A stretch of 64,000 nt of DNA from a virus: the IMG/VR virus record IMGVR_UViG_3300039310_000050, positions 37,634 to 101,633 of that record. One strand, given 5' to 3'. The translations under genes and the position numbers were made by a program. Within the stretch, counting starts at the first letter, position 1. Every line of letters begins with the position of its first letter. The notes beneath the pieces are model-generated. The model saw nothing but the letters and a program-made list of their open reading frames with translations, did no database searches and was not told the DNA's origin. Of the stretch, positions 56,944 to 64,000 are shown in pieces.

Positions 56944-58533
56944 TTATTTATTTTTCTCCGATTTTGATTTTTTAGGTGCTGGTGGAGGTTCCTGTTCAAA
57001 TACACCAGATTCTAAAGAAGCGATTCTTTCTTTTTCGTCATCAACTTCAGGTTTTTCATTTTTAATTTGGTCTTTCATAATTTCAATTTGATCTTCATCT
57101 AACATTAATACATTCTTGAATATCCATTCTCTTGAAAAATATCTATCAACAGGAGATTCTGGGTCAATCATAGTTAATAATTGAAGTCTTTTTGTCCAAA
57201 TTTCTTGTTCTTTAGCTTCAGTAAAGACCGAATCTTTTTGATAAGCAATAGTTATATTATCTCTAAAATCTCCCCATTCATCTTTAGTAATAACTCCACA
57301 TAATTCTAATTGAATTTTCAAAAGTTCTTTAATTAAATGATCGAATCTTTTACGAAGTTTTACAATAAATCTTGAAAATTTAACTTCATCTCTTGAAATT
57401 TCAGCTTCACGACCAACACCAAAACCACCATCAGATTTTAAACGTGATTTAGGAACATGTAAAGCTTGATATAACCGTTCCTGGAAATACATAATATCTT
57501 CAATTTGTCCAAGATTAGTTCCAGCAGGTAAAGTTGTTACTTCAGTTCCTCGTCCACCTTCACGTCTTGGTAAGAAAAAATCCTCTTGCATCGATAAGAA
57601 TTTATGGTCATCTCTAACATTTCCTGTATCAGAATCATATACTAATTTATTACGGAAGTCATTCATAATAACTTTAATATAAGCTTCTGCTCGGTTAGTT
57701 GGCATATTACCAACATCAATATAAAATACTCTACGTTCAGCCGCACGACTTAACCGATAAATAACATGAGCATCTTCCATTGCACGTAATTGATTGAGTG
57801 GTTTAATTGCTTTATGCAAATAACTTACAACCATATTCCGTGTACTATCAATTAAACCAGAATGAACATAACAAATGGCATCAGGAGCAATTTTAACTCC
57901 AATTGCCGTTGTTGCTTCAACATTAACAATTCCACGTTCATTATAAAGGTAATATTCTAAAATAGAATCTACAATTTCAACTCCACCTTCACCTAATTTC
58001 TTTTTAATTTCACGGATTTTACGAACTCTTCTAGGATCTAAATATCTTAGTTCCTTAATACCTTCTTGTGGTGTATCTGGATCAACTAATATATGATAAA
58101 ATAAACGTCCATCAACATACCACCGTCTAAAAATTTCCATACCATCTTCATTGAAATTCAAAAGTTTAAGAATTTCATCAAAAGCATCATGTATTTGCTT
58201 TTTGACACTTTCAGGTTGTTCTAATTGTTCTAAATTAATTGATAATGCAGGACGATTATCTTCTTGGACAACTGCATCAGTAATAATATCTTCTATTGCT
58301 TGGTCACACTCTGGTTGCATGGCCATGTCTCTATACCGAGTAATTAATTCAGCTTCGTTTTTAGCTGTACCTTCTAAATCTACATAAGTTCCATAAATTC
58401 CACCAGAGGCAATTTGTGAGGCACCATCTACATTAGCTGGGATAGCAAATGATTTGTATTTTTGGATAGGATTTTGAGTTCCTATCTGAAATCCCAATAA
58501 CCGAAATGCCTCCATTAAATAATTTTTAGCCAT
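56944..58533 (-). CDS. 20: Portal protein gp20
   Basis: FRRWYVDGR, SYLHKAIKPLNQLR..ED, RRVFYIDVGNMP, LPRREGGRGTE. Confidence 0.97.
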   Translation of the reverse strand: MAKNYLMEAFRLLGFQIGTQNPIQKYKSFAIPANVDGASQIASGGIYGTYVDLEGTAKNEAELITRYRDMAMQPECDQAIEDIITDAVVQEDNRPALSINLEQLEQPESVKKQIHDAFDEILKLLNFNEDGMEIFRRWYVDGRLFYHILVDPDTPQEGIKELRYLDPRRVRKIREIKKKLGEGGVEIVDSILEYYLYNERGIVNVEATTAIGVKIAPDAICYVHSGLIDSTRNMVVSYLHKAIKPLNQLRAMEDAHVIYRLSRAAERRVFYIDVGNMPTNRAEAYIKVIMNDFRNKLVYDSDTGNVRDDHKFLSMQEDFFLPRREGGRGTEVTTLPAGTNLGQIEDIMYFQERLYQALHVPKSRLKSDGGFGVGREAEISRDEVKFSRFIVKLRKRFDHLIKELLKIQLELCGVITKDEWGDFRDNITIAYQKDSVFTEAKEQEIWTKRLQLLTMIDPESPVDRYFSREWIFKNVLMLDEDQIEIMKDQIKNEKPEVDDEKERIASLESGVFEQEPPPAPKKSKSEKNK

Positions 58534-58618
58534 TATGATTCACACTTTCTAAATATTTTTTATGAGGGGCTTTCATTTTTAATTTTGTTTCTTCAGAATG
58601 GTGTTGATGTTTAGCCAT
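58526..58618 (-). pseudogene. 30-aa NUMOD3 remnant between gp19 and gp20
   Basis: MAKHQHHSEETKLKMK... with an AGGA SD. Confidence 0.5.
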
Positions 58619-58631
58619 GATATCCTATTTT

Positions 58632-58653
58632 GAGGGGAGATTAATCTCCCCTC
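58632..58653. promoter_or_regulatory. Perfect hairpin after gp19
   Basis: GAGGGGAGA-TTAA-TCTCCCCTC; no U-tract on the coding strand; AATAAATA just upstream. Confidence 0.55.
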
Positions 58654-58675
58654 TTTATCTATTTATTCGGATTAA

Positions 58676-59260
58676 TTATCCGTTCAAAGGACCAGCATCT
58701 CCATCAGTTGTAGGACCATTAACAGATACAGCATCCCACCATTGGTACCGAAATGTACATTGGAACTTTTCAATTGTGTTGTTTGTTCCCCAATCAAGTT
58801 CCATTGCACCTACTTCAGTTGGAAATGCTCCATTCATTTTATATTGTTTAATAGTAGGAACATCTAACTTTGAATATTGTTGAACATAAGCATCCACACA
58901 ATAAGCCGCAGGAGTAGCCGCTGCATTACTACGAATGTTAGCAACATGGGCATTTAATGCACTTAACCAAAGTTCAAATGCATCTCTGATTAAGAAGTTT
59001 TCATCATTCATAATTGTTACTGTCCAAGGATCAAATTCACGATCACCAGGATAGTAAGTTTTACGACCCATATATGGTACTTCAATTTCACCTAATTTAT
59101 CCGCTGGTAACGAACTTGTTTGGGCTAAAAGTGTAACTAATCCACTTGCAGCCCCCACTCCAGTAACTAAACTAGGAAATTGTAAAACGATTTGGAATAG
59201 ATTGGGTCTGGTACCAGATCCGGTTAAGGCTGCTCGAAACCCTGTAATACTTCTTGCCAT
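58676..59260 (-). CDS. 19: Tail tube protein gp19
   Basis: RPNLF, LPA..LG.IEVPYMGR, GDR.FDPWTVT..NDE. Confidence 0.95.
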   Translation of the reverse strand: MARSITGFRAALTGSGTRPNLFQIVLQFPSLVTGVGAASGLVTLLAQTSSLPADKLGEIEVPYMGRKTYYPGDREFDPWTVTIMNDENFLIRDAFELWLSALNAHVANIRSNAAATPAAYCVDAYVQQYSKLDVPTIKQYKMNGAFPTEVGAMELDWGTNNTIEKFQCTFRYQWWDAVSVNGPTTDGDAGPLNG

Positions 59261-59284
59261 AATAGTATCTCCTTAAAACCTTTC

Positions 59285-61552
59285 TTAGAATTGACCAACA
59301 ATCTCAGTGAAATCTACTCCAGTAGGAGTAGCAATGAAATTTAATTGAATATAATTAATAGATTTAGCTGGTTGTAAATAAATATCAGCTTCGAATTGGT
59401 GTGCATCAATCATTTGTGGTGTATTATTTGTTGCATCACAAACAATTAGATAATTATATAAACCACGTCTACCTTCAATATCACGTAAAAATGGATCAAT
59501 TAATCCACGGAATTGTGTCCGAGTAGTATCATCATTCAATTCGAATAATGTATATTTTGCCGCTTGTGATATTGCTTGTTCAATATAAATGAATAAACGC
59601 CGAACATTAATACGATCAAAAGCTCCCGGTTTAGAAACAAATGTTTTATCACCAAAAAGAACCGGTCCTTGACCTGCAAATGAAACTATGGGATTTATAC
59701 TTGCTTGATATAAAACATCACGATATGCTTGTTTTGGATTCCATGCAAGAGAAACCACACCCTTTAAATTACCACGATTTAATCCAGCAGGAGAAAACCA
59801 TGGATCACGTACTTGGTCAGTATAAACACATAATCCGGCTGTATCTCCATTTCCTGGAACCCACCGATAAACATCATTATATTTATCATATTTCTGTGAC
59901 CAATTACCATCCATAAATGCATAAGATGAATATGGTACAGTATTTGCATAAGCAACAATATCTGTTGCTTCATTTCCTGCATTATAAACAACTGCATCTT
60001 GAGGAGGTGAAAAACAAACTACACAATCTTGTCTTTCTTCTGCAATTTCTGTAATCAAATATCCAACTACAGTTGCATCATAATTTGCAGTCAAAATTAA
60101 ACCAAATGAAAAATCATCCACATTAAATAAATCATAACCTAACATTAATTCTCCATCAGTTACAGTATTATTTCCATCATTTCCACCTTCAAGAAGAGTA
60201 ACATATTGAATTGCATTTGATCCACTAGTTAATGGTGTATGACCTATTGCATAAACTGCACCAGTTCCACTACTTGTGACAATTGGGATAACTAATGCTG
60301 CCGCGGCAGGAACATTATTAATTGCACTTACAACTTGGTTTGCAGTAGTAATACCAGCAGTTCCTGAAGTTGAATTACCTAATGTAACATTAATAGCTGT
60401 ACCAACTACAGATACACTAGCACTTGTTCCATTTGTACCAAGATTTGTATATTGAATTGTAATATTATTTCCAGCACTTCCAACATTTCTAGCTGTATAT
60501 AAAATTCCAGTAACACCAGCTTCTAATGTTGAAGTAGCAGCCGTTCCAGCTACATAAAGAGTATCAAAAACCGTATTCTTAGCTTTAGATCCCCAATTAT
60601 TTAATGGAATTGTTGTCGGAAAATCTAACCAATAAACCCAACTTGATTTACTGAAAAGAACATTTGGATAATAGATACTATTCCCTTGAGAATCTTGAGC
60701 ATCTGAAGCTTTAGAAACAAATGCATAAGATTCAATTACATCACCAGGGGTTCCTGTAATTGTTCCTAAAGTATCAACAAATACTAAATGAAGTTCATCA
60801 TTTGATCCACCTAAGGCCGCAGTATATGCAGAAGTCCCTGGAGGATTAGAGAATAAGCCTTTATATTGCCATAATGCAAATTGTTCTGCACTATCACAAA
60901 TCCAACATTGTATACCATTTCCTAAATCACCCGGATATCGGGCAGCAAATTCACCACTATCTGTTTGTTGACCAGCAGCAAAATTGGTTGTATAGTCGTT
61001 TGAATTTTGAATTCTTAAACCAACAACTGGAGTTAAAACTGCTTCTTCAGTAATAATATCTCCACCTGTTGGAATAACTGTAATCGATGGAGGCGAATCA
61101 ATACTTAATCCTTCTCCAGAACTTGTAACTATTACATCTACGATTTCTCCATTAGCAACAACTACTGTAGCTGCTGCTCCTGAAGAACCAGAAAATTGTA
61201 ATGTAGGCACATGAACATATCCTGCACCTGGGACAGTAGGTTCTACATATGTTACACCATCATTAATAACCGCAGCATTTCTTGCATCTGCGGAAATTAC
61301 TCTTACAACACTTAAATTATTTCCATATTGTAAGAAACTTGATGCTGTAAACCATGTAGCAGAAGTATCGTTATCAGGTTCACCAAAAGTGTTTTTTAAA
61401 GTAATTTCACTATCTACAAGCGTTTTTAAATTTGCAGGACCCCATGTAAAAGGACCAGCCAAAACACCACCAGTTTCAGCGGTTCCTACAACCGTTGTAT
61501 CATCATCAATTTCACTAAATTGAACACCTGGACTTAATAAATTAAATGCCAT
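59285..61552 (-). CDS. 18: Tail sheath protein gp18
   Basis: LSPGV...EID, WFSPAG.NRG, AFDRINVRRLF, PAKSINYI.LNF. Confidence 0.97.
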   Translation of the reverse strand: MAFNLLSPGVQFSEIDDDTTVVGTAETGGVLAGPFTWGPANLKTLVDSEITLKNTFGEPDNDTSATWFTASSFLQYGNNLSVVRVISADARNAAVINDGVTYVEPTVPGAGYVHVPTLQFSGSSGAAATVVVANGEIVDVIVTSSGEGLSIDSPPSITVIPTGGDIITEEAVLTPVVGLRIQNSNDYTTNFAAGQQTDSGEFAARYPGDLGNGIQCWICDSAEQFALWQYKGLFSNPPGTSAYTAALGGSNDELHLVFVDTLGTITGTPGDVIESYAFVSKASDAQDSQGNSIYYPNVLFSKSSWVYWLDFPTTIPLNNWGSKAKNTVFDTLYVAGTAATSTLEAGVTGILYTARNVGSAGNNITIQYTNLGTNGTSASVSVVGTAINVTLGNSTSGTAGITTANQVVSAINNVPAAAALVIPIVTSSGTGAVYAIGHTPLTSGSNAIQYVTLLEGGNDGNNTVTDGELMLGYDLFNVDDFSFGLILTANYDATVVGYLITEIAEERQDCVVCFSPPQDAVVYNAGNEATDIVAYANTVPYSSYAFMDGNWSQKYDKYNDVYRWVPGNGDTAGLCVYTDQVRDPWFSPAGLNRGNLKGVVSLAWNPKQAYRDVLYQASINPIVSFAGQGPVLFGDKTFVSKPGAFDRINVRRLFIYIEQAISQAAKYTLFELNDDTTRTQFRGLIDPFLRDIEGRRGLYNYLIVCDATNNTPQMIDAHQFEADIYLQPAKSINYIQLNFIATPTGVDFTEIVGQF

Positions 61553-61633
61553 CTTGTATCTCCTTAATTCTTATAATCTTTTGCCAATTATGTTTTAATT
61601 CTAATTCATTAAATATTTATTATTTCCAAGACT

Positions 61634-63370
61634 TTAAGCCCATCCAACTTCCTGTAATCTTTTAAGTCTATCCATATCAATAGATGCTTTCCTTTGTTCT
61701 CTTTTACAAAATTCATCCCAAATTTCACTTTGAGCACTTTTCCAAACACATTCTTTAGTTAAAATTTCTTCTTCTTCTTCAATTCCAGTATCAACCCACC
61801 CATAAGGTGTTAAATCGTGTTCAAAATTTGGTGCATAATCTTCTTGTAAACTCTCACGAAGTTTAGCTTCTACCAAATCTCTAAAATGTTTTTGAGTTGT
61901 TAACCAAGAAAATACTACAAGTGTCATTACCAAATCATCTTTTTTACCTTCATCAGCTTGGTATTTGTCATTTTTTAAAACAAATGAAATCAATTCATCT
62001 TTAATATCTGCATCATAAAAAATTAATTTTTTATTTTCAATAAGAGTTTTTAAATTGGCGCATCCAGTTCTACGTACTGGTGTACTCATTTTAACACCGC
62101 GTTGAATATTTTTACCTACATTTCCAAATCCTGTTGCTAAAATTTGGCCAGATCTTCCTTTTGTAGCTACCATTAAAATATTTTCATACTCATGAATATG
62201 ATGTAAATCATCTGCTACTTGATATCCTGGTCCATCCATTTCTAAAAGAATATAAGCATTATTATATCTTTTAGCTACAGGAACAATTTCATCAGCTAAT
62301 AATACTGGTGGAATTGTATTAGACCAATATTTAGCTACTACTTCATATGGAGAATCTGTTACATCAATGACTGTAAATGCTGAATTATCTAATTGTTTTC
62401 CACGGGCTGTATCTACACAAATTACATAAATATGAGGTTCATCTATAGTTGATGAAGGGTCTTTCCAAACATCAAAGAAATGTTGTGAATGTTTTGGAGG
62501 AAAAGTTTCTATTAATTTTAAGAAACGTCCTGAAATTAAAGTAGCACCAGATCCAATAAATTCGCATCCAAATTCTTGGTCAAATCTTTCTTGACCAATA
62601 ATTGATATTGTTTGTTCTGCCCATTCTGGATTTTCATGTCCTGGAACTTCAGTATAATGAACTTCAAGAGCATGAAAATGATTCCACAAAGGATGGTCAT
62701 GAGGAAAGTTTGCTTTAACCCATAAATCATGAAAAAGATTTACTCCATTAGGTGTTGAAACAATAATAATTTTAGAAGTTGTTCCTTGAGAAATTACAGG
62801 ATAAGTTGAAGTCCAGAATTTATCAGCTAATTTATTATCAATATGAGCAAACTCATCCAAAAAGATAACATTAAAAGTTTGTCCACGTACAGATGCGCCC
62901 GTAGTGGCATAAGCTGCAATAATACATCCATTTTCTAATTCAATACGAGTTTTATTCCAAACTTTAACACCTTGTTGAAGCCACATAGGTAATAATTCAA
63001 ATGCTAATTGAATTTTTCCTAATAATTCAATGGCCGTTTCTCGCTTATTTGCAAGAATTCCAATTTTTTTATATTTATTAAATAATACGTAATGTAAAAA
63101 ATATGCAACCAATGTAGTTGATTTGCCTGATTGCCGAGGCATAACGGTAATTACAAACCGTTCTTCATGGACTGTTTTAACTAATTGGGCCTGGAAATCC
63201 CATAATTTAAAATCTGTAACACCTTCATCAATTGTAACAACTTGAATATAATTTGTAATAAAAAAAACAGGATCTTCGGCACACTTTTGTAATTTTTCAA
63301 ATAATTGAGGTGTCCATTTAACATGAACATTCGTATCTTTAAGAGATGGATTACCTAAATATGTACTCAT
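61634..63370 (-). CDS. 17: Terminase large subunit gp17
   Basis: YLGNP.LK, PRQSGKST, FLDEFA, STPNG, F.QEF.CEF, DDLVM. Confidence 0.97.
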   Translation of the reverse strand: MSTYLGNPSLKDTNVHVKWTPQLFEKLQKCAEDPVFFITNYIQVVTIDEGVTDFKLWDFQAQLVKTVHEERFVITVMPRQSGKSTTLVAYFLHYVLFNKYKKIGILANKRETAIELLGKIQLAFELLPMWLQQGVKVWNKTRIELENGCIIAAYATTGASVRGQTFNVIFLDEFAHIDNKLADKFWTSTYPVISQGTTSKIIIVSTPNGVNLFHDLWVKANFPHDHPLWNHFHALEVHYTEVPGHENPEWAEQTISIIGQERFDQEFGCEFIGSGATLISGRFLKLIETFPPKHSQHFFDVWKDPSSTIDEPHIYVICVDTARGKQLDNSAFTVIDVTDSPYEVVAKYWSNTIPPVLLADEIVPVAKRYNNAYILLEMDGPGYQVADDLHHIHEYENILMVATKGRSGQILATGFGNVGKNIQRGVKMSTPVRRTGCANLKTLIENKKLIFYDADIKDELISFVLKNDKYQADEGKKDDLVMTLVVFSWLTTQKHFRDLVEAKLRESLQEDYAPNFEHDLTPYGWVDTGIEEEEEILTKECVWKSAQSEIWDEFCKREQRKASIDMDRLKRLQEVGWA

Positions 63371-64000
63371 TATCCTATAACTACATAATACCAATTGTAG
63401 GTAGTTAATGCAGCCAGAGCCACAGAATTTGATTCTAATACCCATCCAGAAGAACTTAAAGAAGTTACAAATGGAGTAGCAGTTGTTAAAGCGGCCGCCG
63501 CAGCATTTCCAGGTTCTAAAATGATTGCAGAAGGAGCGGCTGGTAAATTAATACCAAAAATTACTGTAATAATTGGAGAAGCTGTATTTGGTGAAGATCC
63601 TGTTGTAATAGAAATTAATCCCGCAGCATCTTTACCAGTTATAGTTGCTGATCCACTTGTTCCTGCTCCTACTCCAAGTGAATAAGTTCCAGAGGTTCCA
63701 CCAGCCACAATTCTTGCTGTTATATTTCTAGCCGCAAAATCTCCATTAGTATCTCTCCGAACTAAAGTAGATGGAGTATTAATATTTGTTGCTTGATTTC
63801 CGGCTGAAGTTGCAGAAGCAATATTAACCGCAGTTTGACCACCAACCGTAGCTACTGAAGGACTTGGATAATTTCCTGTTAAATCTCCACCTGCTGTACC
63901 AAATGTTACTAAAGTATTTGTTACAGAAACTACACGCCCATTACTATCAGATACAAATACTGGGATATGTGTTGTATCTCCATATGTACCTGCTGAGCCA
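63370..64000 (-). CDS. Tail fibre / structural protein, C-terminal part
   Basis: Frame open to the window end: GTYG...IPV...GRV, AGGDLTGNYP, STLVRRD.NG.F repeats. Confidence 0.75.
   Translation of the reverse strand, partial: GSAGTYGDTTHIPVFVSDSNGRVVSVTNTLVTFGTAGGDLTGNYPSPSVATVGGQTAVNIASATSAGNQATNINTPSTLVRRDTNGDFAARNITARIVAGGTSGTYSLGVGAGTSGSATITGKDAAGLISITTGSSPNTASPIITVIFGINLPAAPSAIILEPGNAAAAALTTATPFVTSLSSSGWVLESNSVALAALTTYNWYYVVIG

Noticed and set aside
2884-63370. Inteins or group I introns in gp41, gp43, gp46, gp20 or gp17
   Set aside because: Lengths and motif order are normal; no intein termini or split frames; endonucleases are free-standing
1-64000. CRISPR array, diversity-generating retroelement or retron
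   Set aside because: No regularly spaced repeats and no reverse transcriptase seen; the 65-bp repeat is exact, without the adenine-specific mismatches of a DGR template/variable pair
1-64000. Stop-codon recoding
   Set aside because: Core genes are full length in the standard code, and TAA, TAG and TGA all serve as stops

Overview
A 64-kb segment of an AT-rich (roughly 30% GC by eye) T4-like myovirus genome, almost all encoded on the minus strand. It carries the T4 core: gp41, uvsX, gp43, regA, gp62/44/45, gp46/47, gp55, uvsW/uvsY, gp3, gp23-22-21, gp20-19-18-17 and the end of a tail-fibre gene. A large accessory region (about 13-43 kb) lies between these blocks. It holds 17 tRNA genes (one per amino acid, many with non-canonical features), three GC-rich structured ncRNA candidates next to tRNAs, and DNA and RNA ligases, a macrodomain and a secreted protease. 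It also holds several nucleotide-pool enzymes and homing endonucleases with their remnants; a methylase/nuclease cassette sits further left, between uvsX and gp41. Sigma70-type early promoters and T4-type late promoters (TATAAATA) are easy to read. The most unusual signals are: (i) a tRNA-linked three-way-junction RNA displaying the 16S anti-Shine-Dalgarno sequence CCUCCUUA, in a genome with several apparently leaderless genes; (ii) repeated U33C and other identity-breaking tRNA changes; (iii) an exact 65-bp copy of part of a Zn-finger gene inserted in frame into DNA ligase; (iv) a Zn ribbon inside the DNA polymerase; (v) a GC-rich Nudix gene that truncates a resident ORF. All calls come from motif recognition by eye; no database search was run.
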